From Chiloscyllium plagiosum (taxonomy: Eukaryota): 32,958 nucleotides of DNA. The notes below the pieces were generated by a model that saw only the letters and a list, made by a program, of their open reading frames with translations, was not told the origin of the DNA and searched no databases. Of the stretch, positions 22,719-32,958 are shown in pieces. The position numbers and the translations under genes were made by a program. The DNA lies in contig NC_057756.1 in NCBI RefSeq assembly GCF_004010195.1, positions 7,158,250 through 7,191,207 on the forward strand, given 5' to 3'. Positions within the stretch are counted from its first letter, which is position 1, and each line of letters opens with the position of its first letter.

Positions 22719-22860
22719 CTGAATAAGAAAAGTGGGTTAGACTCCCATTGAAATCTATAGTGAGAACAAAATTAAACTATTTCATTAAATGGCAGTCGAA
22801 TATTGTGGTCTAAATCTACAAACATCAACTATTACATAAATATCAATAACAACAACATAC

Positions 22861-23714
22861 CCATCAAATTATTATTGATAATTAACTCTTACAACATGGC
22901 AGTGAATCCTTCTGCTAATTAAACCAAGGACCAAGAAAAGCTCACCTCACCTTGTAATCTGTTAAACCAAGAGTGACAGAGAATTCAAAAATTCCAGTTT
23001 TTAAAATAATAATATCAATTTATTCTTCAACTCTAAAAGTGAACAGTAAACAAAAAGTATTCACAACACTAAGCCCCCATCTCCTAACTGCTTATTATCT
23101 GCCTGCAACTCTATAACAATATGCTGTTCCAATAAACACACTTATTTAAATTGCATCAATTTAATTTCAAAAGCACACAGTGGCTGTCGTCTCTGTTGTC
23201 TGTCTTCTTCCAGCTGAAGATCTGCCTTGGTCATCTTCTTTCTTTTACTACGAAGATGCTTCATTTGAAAAAGGCATCTTTGAGAGAGAGTGTTTTAGAT
23301 TGACAGTCTTTCTTGATGGCAGGTACTCCCTCAATGGCAGTGGCTCTGTCTGACTTTTAAAAATACTGTGTTTTTAACCCTTATAATCGGATCATCTCAT
23401 TGGTTCGATGTTGGCAAAAAACACAAAGCTCAAACTCGATTGGGTTTTACTATCCTGAGGCAGAATTTAGACTGATTGTTTAAATTTGAAATGTTGTCAA
23501 AACAGCAACCAACTCGGTGTCTGCTTCACAGCCAAATGTTACATATTTTCAATTTTCCATTCCACTGTGAGACTGCTAGCTAGTCATATGGCAGCTGCTT
23601 GTAAGCTCTCGGTGCAAACTACATTCACTCTCTCTTAAAGGTACAGTACACACCTTCAACTTCACAACGTAACAAAGTACAATAAAAACTCAGTTTGAAG
23701 AAATTAAAATGCAT
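22861..23714 (-). pseudogene. Possible leader exon of copy B, split by the solo LTR
   Basis: Removing the LTR and one TAAC gives MHFNFFKLSFYCTLLIINNNLM then G|gtatgt (phase 1), 142 bp upstream of the V exon acceptor. Could be chance. Confidence 0.3.
22887..23669. mobile_element. Solo LTR of a second family, 4-bp TSD
   Basis: TAAC|TCTTACAAC...CACAACG|TAAC, with decayed TGTT...AACA termini. Confidence 0.78.
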
Positions 23715-23729
23715 ACTCCTGCATTTGTT

Positions 23730-24150
23730 TCAGTCTTCAACAAATGTCGTTCTGGACTCCAAATCTTAAGTTTGCATAACATCTTAGCCAAGTTGCGAAT
23801 CTATATCAGGCAACATTTGCACATTCCGGGAATAACTTCAGTTCTGGTCTCTTGTGAGACACAACTGATTCAGTTAATACTAATTGCAAAAGGGTTGGCT
23901 CTAGCCTGATGGTTTGAAGTGATTTTCGTAAAAATTCAATTTGATTGGATCAATGGTTTGCAATTAGAAAACGGCTGCCTGAGTGAAGTCTGAATTAAAT
24001 ATCTGGAATTTTATGAGGAACGTCTAGGGACTATCAAAGGAGCAAAGGCCACACTGCATCTTGACCAGTCATCAATTCCACGATTTGGAAAGCCTCATCC
24101 ACTGCCATTTGCCTTACTGCAAAAGTGGAGGCAGAAATCAAGAGGCTTCA
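23730..24150 (+). mobile_element. Gypsy/Ty3 pol remnant (protease end to RT start)
   Basis: VFNKCRSGLQILSL..KLRIY..ITSVLVSCETQLIQL, KIQFDW and LGTIKGAKATLHLDQSSIPRFGKPHPLPFAL..KVEAEIKRL. Confidence 0.78.
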
Positions 24151-24159
24151 TTGCTTTAT

Positions 24160-24413
24160 TGACCTGAAGAATAACGTTTTCACGCAGAGGCTGGTACACG
24201 TTTGGAACAGGCTGCCAAGTGAGTTAGTGGAGGCTGACACAATTACTTCATTGAAAAGGCAAGTGGATGGGTATGTGAATAGGAAGAATTTAGAGGGATA
24301 TGCGACAAATGCTGGCAAATGGGACAAGATCAGATTGTGATACCTGGTCGGCATGGACCAGGTTGAATGGAAGGGCCTGTTTCTGTGCTGTATAGGTATA
24401 TGATTCTATGATT
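24160..24413 (+). mobile_element. CR1 3' end
   Basis: FTQRLVHVWNRLPSELVEADTITSLKRQVD, ending in tatgattctatgatt. Confidence 0.9.
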
Positions 24414-24692
24414 TCTGCAATCTATTGCTCACAGGGATTGTCCTACTATCAGGCCACTATGGCTGTAAGCCTTTTGTTTGGCGTTTTCCTATGAAGCCTC
24501 AGAACTGAATAATTGGAATGCAATATGGACTTGTAACATATATTCGCAATCAAATCAGAAATAAGAATGATGCAACTTTAACATTCCCCTGGGAATCCAG
24601 TAGCGCGTAAAAGAGTTTCGAAACTCATTAATACACTGTTAAATTCAAAGGTTTTGACTTCATCACCCAGGAACAGATACTCCATACGCAAA

Positions 24693-24759
24693 ATGCTCCA
24701 ATTGTTCACTATTATTGTTAAAGTATACTACATCAGTACTGCTGTTATTGCCATCCCAG
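24693..24759 (+). CDS. GPR139-like GPCR, coding exon 1
   Basis: aaaATG, MLQLFTIIVKVYYISTAVIAIP then G|gtaagg; 67 nt, phase 1. Supplies the first half of TM1 (YY...IP). Confidence 0.85.
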
Positions 24760-25344
24760 GTAAGGTTTTAAAAAATAAATATTTATTAGATGTGTGCATC
24801 GCTGGCTAAAACCAGCATTTACGGCACTACGGGAAAATTTAAGAGTAAAGCACATTGTTGTGGATCAGGAATCAAATTTTAGCCAGACCAGGTAAGCATG
24901 CCAGTTTCATTCCCGCAAGAACGTGAGTGAAACAATTGAATTTATCCAAACAATCGAGAATGGATTCGTGGTCATCATTACCTCTTAATTCCAGATTTTG
25001 CTTGCATTGAATTCAAATTTGAAAATCTGCTAATGTATAATTGGGTTCACTGTAGTTCAGTTGGCATTGCCATCATCAGACTCGCATTGCCCAGGATTGT
25101 TCCCAGTTTTGACTTAACCTGTTGTGGGTGGTTACATTGACTTGATGACATGAAGGAAATCCACTTTTGTAGAATGGCTTTTCCTTCAAGAAATACTACA
25201 AAGGAAGACTTGCTGACATTTTCTAATCCGAGGAAGTTACATGAGTGGAAAGCAGTGAAAGTCATTCGCCAACAATTCGCTCGTACTGTGAATGTTTTTC
25301 GAATTTTAAACGTAATTAGTGAGTGTAAATTGAAGTTTTCGGAC

Positions 25345-26105
25345 AGTTAGATAAATATGAGGTGCTAAATCCTGGAACGGCAAATCAAAGCAGGACTTAC
25401 ACACTGCTTGGTACGGTCCTGCGGAGTGTTTATGAACAAAGAGACCATGGGTTGTAGGTTCATAGTTCCTTCAAAGCAGAGTTGCAGGTAGATATTATAG
25501 TCAAGACGGCATTGGGTACGCTTGTCCTTAGAGATCAGTGCATTGATCATAGGAATTGGGAGGTGATGTTGCAAGGTGCAGGACATTGCTTCTGCCATGT
25601 TTGGAATACTGTGTGCAATTGTTGGCTGTATGAAAAATGTGGTCAAACCTGGAAAGGTGCAGGAAAGATTTGGAAGCATATCGCCAGGTTTGGAGGGTTT
25701 GACTAATATGTAGAGGCTGAATAGACTGGTTGTCTTTTCCCAGGAGCATCGGAGGCTGAGTGCTATGGGTAGTGTAAATAGTCAAGATTTGTCACCCACG
25801 GTATGGCAGTTTAAACCTAGAGTGTTTAAGATGAGAGCAGAAAGATTTAAAAGGGGTCCAAGGGGCCAAAGTTTTCATGCAAAGGATGGTATGTATATGA
25901 AATGAGCTGCCACAGGAGGTGGTGCCACTGGTACAATTAGAGGATGTACAAGGTTTTTAGAAGGGTGGATGAATAGGAAGAATTTTGAGGATAAGGGACA
26001 AATGCTGGCATATGGGGCTAGATTAATTTAGGATATCTGGTCAGAATTGGTGAGTTTGCCTGAAGGGCATGTTTCTATGTTATACATCTTTATGACTCTA
26101 AGTGA
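25345..26105 (+). mobile_element. Decayed CR1 3' fragment in the GPCR intron
   Basis: Colinear with 7130-7910 (ttagataaatatgaggtgct, ttggaatactgtgtgcaatt, ggagcatcggaggctgag, tatgactcta). Confidence 0.85.
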
Positions 26106-26930
26106 CTGAAAGGGATTGTTAAGAGCTTGGAGAACAGAATAAACAGCTTGTTCTGCACACACAGAGAATAATCCTTCTGGAAGAACAAGTTCAACTATAT
26201 ACTTTATCCCCCAATATAAATCTTTGTTTTGTCTCATTTTCAAGGCAGACCTTGTTCTACGGTATCAATTAACAGCTCTGTTTTTTTTAGGTTGATGTTC
26301 ATCAATGATTTAATTCATCTTAGATCACATTTCGGTTTCTCAATGATTATCCCAATGGCCTTCATGTATTTAATGCCGGAATTGAGGTCGACTTGTTGAT
26401 AGGGCGTGGGTATGCTCTCTTTTTGTGGGTGCTAGTGTTAACAACATAAGAATTTGTCACATAAGGCGGGATGATGTAATGCAATGGTGTCAATTCCAAG
26501 GTTCTGGGTGTCATATTTGCAATACGGATATAATTCTATGTCATCCTGCATTGTGACCATGTTAAAATGTGTCCTTAAAACATTTTGGCCATTGCTTCTT
26601 TTGCTGCACGTCGCATGTTTTTTGTTTTGCTTCCATGAATAGAATTATGTCAGTTAAGCCAATAGAACACGTTCAAACTGATTCTGTATGCAACAGTAAC
26701 ATATCAAAATTGCCATTTTACACCTCCACAGCCATCTTGCATTACTTCATGTTCAATACCACTCAAGCTCTGCCTTTGAACATTGGATGTAGGTTAATGT
26801 GGGATGGAATCAAGATTAAAATTCTTTTCACTTTGTGATATTCTTCCTGAGCACCCTATTGCTATCGCCACTAAAATGCAATTATGTTTGACCTACAATT
26901 TCCAAACTGTTTTTAGCTTTCCTTCCACAG

Positions 26931-27862
26931 TTAATGCACTGGCAATTGTGATTCTGTCCCACGGAAGATGCGGCCTCTCCAGATGCACGACTCATTACCT
27001 AACGGCCATGGCAACAGCGGATCTGATGTTCATTGTCACTGACAGTGTACTGTATGAGCTGAATCGTTACTTTTATCAGGGATCATTCCTGCAACTCACA
27101 CCTGCATGCATTGTGATTTACTTCTTACTTTATGTGAGTTCAGACTGTTCTGTCTGGTTCACTGTCACTTTCTCCGCTGATCGGTTTGTGAGTATATGCT
27201 GCCGGGATCTGAAACTGAAATATTGTAACGTCAAAGCAGCAGCTGTTATTCTTTCAACAACTTTCACTCTTTTCTTTCTGAAAAATGTTCCTATTTTCAT
27301 TACACGGGAACCAATGATTGTCGTTGACAATGTACACTGGTCTTGTCAAATAAAAGTCAGCTATTTTACTGAACCCGGATGGATGGTTTATGATTGGTTT
27401 GATAAGGTGTTAACACCCTTACTCCCATTCATTTTAGTTTTAATCTTGAATGCTATGACAGTCAGATACGTTTTAATAGCAAATCGGATCCGTCAAGGAT
27501 TGAAGTTCCAGAACACGGAAGAGAAGCGCAGTGATCCTGAGATGGAGAGCAGGAGGAAGTCAATGATTTTACTGTTCGCCATATCGACTAACTTCATATT
27601 GCTGTGGTCACCATATGCAATAAATTTCTTATATTATCGAATTGCAGGAATTGATCCCAGATCTTACAATGACAGTTTGTACGTATTTGAAAGGTTTGGA
27701 GCAATGCTACTAAATCTGAGTTGCAGCACAAATACGTTTATTTATGGAGTAACCCAGTCGAAGTTCAGAGAACAGTTCATTAGCGCTATAAAATACCCAC
27801 TGATTTCAATCAGCAGAGTCTTTTCTATTAGAATGAATTCATGGCAATCCACAAGACAGTAA
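26931..27862 (+). CDS. GPR139/GPR142-like class A GPCR, coding exon 2 (spliced product 332 aa)
   Basis: Acceptor ctttccttccacag, then VNALAIVILSHGRCGLSRCTTHYLTAMATADL, TM3 Cys (PAC), SVWFTVTFSADRF, ECL2 Cys (WSC), PLLPF..ILN, LLWSP, CSTNTFIY. Open to TAA; 67+932=999 nt. Family-level call only. Confidence 0.92.
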
Positions 27863-28109
27863 TATATACAACTATTTTCCTGAGTAGAGCATTGAATAGT
27901 AAATATCTATTTGCTGATTTGTATTAAAAGTATTTGCATAAAAGTACGAACAGGCAATGTGACCTTTCCTTCATTTGGATGTTATTTTACTTTGCATTGC
28001 CATAATATTGAGACAAGATTTTTAATGTTGTCCTGACTTAAGCGTAATGAATAATTTGCTCAAGAAAGCTAAAATATTGTGCCATCCACCGACGTGAAGG
28101 AAATACTCA

Positions 28110-28929
28110 AGAAATTAGAGGAAGAACTGAATTAGAGAGATTGCATTCTATCAACCTGTTACCACCGAATCGTCAGTGGTGGTGTTGTCTTTCAAATAAA
28201 GTAATTCGCATTTTATATGCCTCATGTAAGTATTGTTTTGCAATAACATTTCCTCTCATTTAATTTGCATCAGAAATGATCTGTTCTGATCCCAAATATG
28301 TTGCTATTGGACAGAGCATATTCAAAACGGAAATCTAGATCGCCAGTTCATCTTTATTTAATTTCTCATTTAATGTGGTAGTCTTTCAGCGAAAGATAAG
28401 TTTGCAACTCTGCATGTTTGGTTTTAGCAATGAAAAAGGAAACTAAGGAAATGAGAAACTATAGATACTGGTCACATATAAAAAGCGTTGTAAGTATACA
28501 TCCATCGATCAGACACCTAGGAGAGAGTTTCATTCTATATCACATCCATAGCTCGAAGTAACTGTTTCTATCACTTCCTGGTCTTGGGAGTTTGTTAGCC
28601 TTCCCCTTGATTATTCACATAAGTGAACTTAAATATTCTTTGCTTCAAATGGCCCCGTCTGATCGATAACCGACGTTTTCTGACACATATGTTCACATTA
28701 AATTACTAGCAGCAGGATAATATGTTTCAAACAGTTCTGAATTAACTCTTCTCTGGTGGAAAATCTGTTCCACATTTCCCATTCATGAGATTTTGTCACG
28801 TTAACTGTTAATTAAAGGCTAACATTCCAACAACACTTGCAGTTGCATAAAGTTTCTAATCCAAGTTATGAAACGACTCGTGTTAAGCTGTGCATCAGTG
28901 CATTAGGGGAATCCAGCTTGATCTCATTT
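28110..28929 (-). repeat. 3' UTR/downstream block of Siglec-like copy C
   Basis: Colinear with 8450-9316. Confidence 0.8.
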
Positions 28930-29037
28930 TCATTTAATTGCATCGTATTCACTGGGCTCCTCTTTCTGGGCTGGAACATGAGCGTTGAAGAAAGAGACTG
29001 CTGAGTCCAGAGCCTCGTCACTTTCATCCACTTTGGT
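28930..29037 (-). pseudogene. Siglec-like copy C terminal exon
   Basis: TKVDESDEALDSAVSFFNAHVPAQKEEPSEYDAIK*: open, 108 nt, distal SEYxxI motif retained, proximal ITIM Tyr replaced by Asp. Acceptor reads caa where copy A has cag. Confidence 0.72.
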
Positions 29038-30134
29038 TTGTGACAGAAAACCATGTGTTAGGTATGTATCTATTAAGACAGATAACAGCATATTACTTGT
29101 ACTGGGATGGTATCTTGCAAGCGTTAAAAAACCACACAAGGACCGACCTTGTGTGCAATCGACAGGAACCACTGTAGTCGTTCACCAGACCTCTTCCAAC
29201 AGCAATTTCCAAACACAACCGTCTACAGTTAAGAAGGACAACCGCAGCACATGCACAGGAATACCTCCCCTTGCAAATTCCCTGCCAAGCCACACACAAT
29301 CCTGACTTGCAATTACATCAGCATTTCTTTTCCGTGTTTGAATCCAACGGTTTGATCTGCCCTTCTCATAGCATTGCATCTCAGGAAATTTACTCCCGTT
29401 GTGGTCCAGACATGGATGGCCATGGGTGGGGTTGATGGACCTACTGATTGGTGGGGTAATTAATAAATGACAGGTGATAGGTGGGGGGTGGGGGCATGTC
29501 CTTATTCTTGGAGGAAGGGGATTTGACTGGAAGTTGACAGGGAGGAGATGAGAGGGGCTGAGACACAGGAGGCTGAGCGAGAGGACAGAAGTTCACAAGG
29601 AGGGTGTGGTGTGAGATGGGAGACAGAGAAAGGGAGGAGGTAAACCCCGCAGTGCAGAGAGTGTGGCATGGGTTGGCGTTATCACAGAGTGGGAACCTCA
29701 AGTAGGAAACATATGAAATGAGGCTTTTCAGGGGCAAGTCCTGTCTCTTTCTCTCTCTCTCTCTCTCTCTTCCTTGTTCTCTCTCACATCGTTTTCTGTC
29801 TCCATTTCTCCTCCTGGATTCTCTGTCTCTCCTTCGCTTTTACTGGTGTTATAAGTCATTATCTTTCTCCCTCCTTGTCTGTCCCACTCCGTCTCTAGCT
29901 CATCTTCCTGTTCATTTTATAGTTGGATAAATATTTATAACAAGTAGGTGTATTTGCCCTTGTCATGACGAAAAGAAATGTATGTGCTGTTGGAGTTCTG
30001 GGCTGCAGTCGTTCAGGTAAATTGTATACACATTAGGCACATGTGTCATGATTAGTCAAATAGTGCAGTTCAATGATCAGCACAAACTGAGTGATGGCAA
30101 GCCAGAAAATGCTTGATATGAAAACCACAGTACA

Positions 30135-30247
30135 GCTTCGCCTGAGGCCCAGTGCAGATTGTACCTAGTTAGGGTGACAAAACGGATGGAAATGAACCTC
30201 CCAGCTCAGAACCTCAAACTGAGCTACAAATCTTCTCAAAACTCGCT
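30135..30247 (+). mobile_element. Miniature Penelope family B pLTR insertion, 12-bp TSD, decayed hammerhead
   Basis: AACCACAGTACA at 30123-30134 and 30248-30259. Similar to 2678-2815 (cagcttcgc, tacctag, cagctcag, ctgagctacaaa). Paralogs lack it. Confidence 0.82.
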
Positions 30248-30648
30248 AACCACAGTACAAGTCTAACTTGTTTGTAAGTGCTTTGAATTACTGTAGAGTG
30301 GAGACAAAACAATTGAGCAACATTTGGAACTATAATAAAACGCAAGTTGGCATGCACTGTAATTTTTTTGCAAGTTAATCAAATGTTCAATCTTGTTATT
30401 ATGCACGTGTGCAAGATAAATTTACATTTGAGCCATTTTAAAGTTTGTGACACAGAAGATGTCTCTGACTCATTTCCAGGACTATTTCGCTCAGCGAGTC
30501 ACCTCTACGCTGTGGACTGAGGTGGACACTTCCTGACGTATATGCTGCATCAAACAGGGGTAATGCACGTTGGACTTTCTCTTGAGCTGGTTCGAAGCAG
30601 AATCAAAAATGATGGGACAGTTCTATCTGATTTGACATTCTCACTTAC

Positions 30649-30759
30649 CTCCGTGTTCAATGGGCGTTGTGCCAAATTGGCTGCAGAGCAACAACAACTG
30701 TGTCTATTTCGTTCTTTTTGATAATATTGTTAAGATTTTCAAATGAGATGTTTTTCATA
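30649..30759 (-). pseudogene. Siglec-like copy C putative first cytoplasmic exon, decayed
   Basis: Ends AQRPLNTE then gtaagt. Homologous to 15991-16111; acceptor reads cat. Confidence 0.45.
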
Positions 30760-31404
30760 ATGTGCGAAACAATCAATAGAAGCAAGTCTTTCAGGGAATT
30801 GGCATTCCGTGTGGACAGTGAGCTTTGTGACATTAGTAAGATAAAATCTAATATGTACCTGCACTGACTTGTTACTGTGGCTGAGGGAAGTGATGGATCA
30901 TCAATGGTTAGTGCGATGCTTACCGGGGATTGTAAGGTTTTTTCAATCCCCTATTAGCTGTTAGGAACAAAGGCTCCTGTGGTGCAATCTCAACCACTGG
31001 ATTTGAGGATTTTAGGTTCATTTAGCACCGAATTCTGGAGTATAGGGGTATTGGAAAACGTTGATTTAACTTGTAACTGATACACCCATAAATTATGACA
31101 TTCCTTCCTAATGGGGGTCCTATGACTGTTGTGGTTACTTCAGTACCTTTGGGGAGGAGCGATGAGGGCTCAAGTCCCTTCTACACTAGAGATGTGTAAT
31201 TATAGGCTGACTTGAAATATTGAGAAACAACCTCTCCTCCACGAAATTGCCCCCTTCTTAATCCTCAGCTCAGATGGAGTCTCAGGAATCTCAGAGTAAA
31301 CCATTTTAACTGAGACCTCTATATATGCAGTTATTTCATGTTCTCAGCTTTAAAGGGCAGTCTATGATACCTGAGTTTAAAAACAATGTAGGAAAAACAC
31401 ATAC

Positions 31405-31489
31405 ATTTGCACTCTTAATACAATCAGAATCAGACTGATAACAACCAAAGCTGTCTCTTTGGGGATGACAATTATCCAGGGAAGGCTTC
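31405..31489 (-). pseudogene. Siglec-like copy C transmembrane exon, splice sites intact
   Basis: Acceptor ttttctgaatattcctag, SLPWIIVIPKETALVVISLILIVLRVQ, then AT|gtatgt; 85 nt, phase 1 to 2. Ig exons would lie beyond the right edge. Confidence 0.78.
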
Positions 31490-32071
31490 CTAGGAATATT
31501 CAGAAAAGACAGGGTTCCAAGAGTATGACTTGGTAATGACATGAAATTTATATGAATGAAAATACGCCTTCCTAATTACTGACATAAAACTGTGTAGTTA
31601 AACTTGCTCTCTTTTTGAAATGTGAGATGGCCTAGCGATCCTGAGATTGTAGATAATGTGTTGGAGACATGTTTTGAAATCCCAGTTAAATTGTGGGTGG
31701 AATTCAAATGTAAATATTATATTCGGGATTCAAATGCGGTGTCAGTAATGCTGAACCTAACAACCAAGGCAGACTGATGGAGCAAAGGAACGTTGAAGTC
31801 ACGGGAATTAAACCTGCAGTCTCAACCCAGTCTTGCTAAGATGTGGTTTCAGATCTACAGTAATACATTTAACTCATCTTACCTCTGAAATATACCAATA
31901 GAGGTCAGTCCTTTCTTTTCAATGGGCTAGGTTCAGCTAGGAGTGGGGTAACAAGTGCTGATGCATGACAAGGGACTGGATTGATTAGGAGTAGAATAAT
32001 TAGACTTCAGAAGGTGATGAAAGGAAGGGGACCTAATAGATTCTGACAGAACTAGACAGGGAACATATAGG

Positions 32072-32908
32072 AAAGATATTACTGATGACCAGGAGAGAGA
32101 ACATTGGATGCGTTTAAGAAGGAGTTAGATATAGTTGTTCGGGTTAAAGGGGTCAACTGGCATGTGTAGAAAGTGCGAGGGGGCTGAGTAACATCTACTT
32201 TTTCTCTTGGAGGATAAGCAATCTTTGGAATACTCTTCCTCGGAGACCAATTGATGTGGGCCATTGAATAAATTGCAGCATTTGGTAAATGTTTGCTCAA
32301 CAACATAGACATGGTCTCTGGGATGGATAGGCAGAAAATTGGAGTTCAATCCAGAACCTGAGCAAACATAGCGTGATTAAATAGTATAGGAGAGTTGATG
32401 GACCAAGTGGCCGACTCCAACTCTAAATCACTAAAGCTACTGAACAGCAACTAGGACCATGGCCTGTGAAGTTGAGAGGAGAACAAAGAGAACAAAATTA
32501 ACACAATATTTCCAGTCATTTTAATGTCACAAAAAATCTCCCATGTCATATGAATTAATTGAAATCACATCTGATAAAAATGACAATTATCGTATTCAGA
32601 TTTCAGATAAGTCTTTGAAACAGGCAATATACTTGCCCTTAACGTTAAACCTACAGAAAGCAGATGAGGCCAAAGCATTGAATAGTTTCGTGAAGAAGGT
32701 AGATATAGTTCTTCCAGTTAATGGGATCAGAGAATATAGGGAGAAAGCAGGAACCAGGGACTGAGTTGGAGGGCCGAAGTGCCTGTATTGTGCTATAATG
32801 TTCTATGTTTTATGATCATATTGAATGATGGAGTAAGCTAGAAGGGCTGAATTGCTCGCTTCTGCTTCTAATTTCTATGCTTAAAGATATTACTGATGAC
32901 CAGGAGAG
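32072..32908 (+). mobile_element. Composite 785-bp insert ending in a CR1-like tail, flanked by a 26-bp direct repeat, inside an older CR1 fragment
   Basis: AAAGATATTACTGATGACCAGGAGAG at 32072-32097 and 32883-32908. CR1 3'-like sequence at ~32100-32155 and ~32660-32882. Confidence 0.7.
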
Positions 32909-32958
32909 TCCAGAAGTGGAGGGCGGAGGGGGTGGGTGGGTGGGTGGTGTGTGTGTGT

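Noticed and set aside
26804..26930. N-terminal 42 codons of the 352-aa GPCR ORF
   Set aside because: Probably intron read-through: a strong acceptor lies at 26930 and a phase-matched exon 1 exists at 24693-24759.
26931..27862. Assigning the symbol GPR139
   Set aside because: It resembles the expanded GPR139-like paralogs; orthology needs a phylogeny.

Overview
Eukaryotic, repeat-rich, AT-rich DNA. The repeat families (CR1/HER1-type LINEs, an HE1-like SINE, Penelope pLTRs) and a GPR139-like receptor point to a cartilaginous fish, probably a shark (inference). The only clearly intact gene is a two-exon GPR139/GPR142-like class A GPCR on the + strand (24693-24759 + 26931-27862, 332 aa). It sits inside a minus-strand tandem array of at least four decayed copies of a Siglec-like receptor gene that the ORF track largely misses. 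The reconstructed layout is V-set (F-strand Arg retained), C2, C2, TM, a short cytoplasmic exon and an ITIM/ITIM-like tail, with each copy broken differently. The rest is mobile DNA: Penelope-like elements with hammerhead ribozyme motifs, a near full-length CR1, older CR1/L2 fragments shared between duplicated units, four solo LTRs, a Gypsy pol remnant, a SINE and a composite insert flanked by a 26-bp direct repeat. All translations and alignments were done by eye, so repeat boundaries are approximate.
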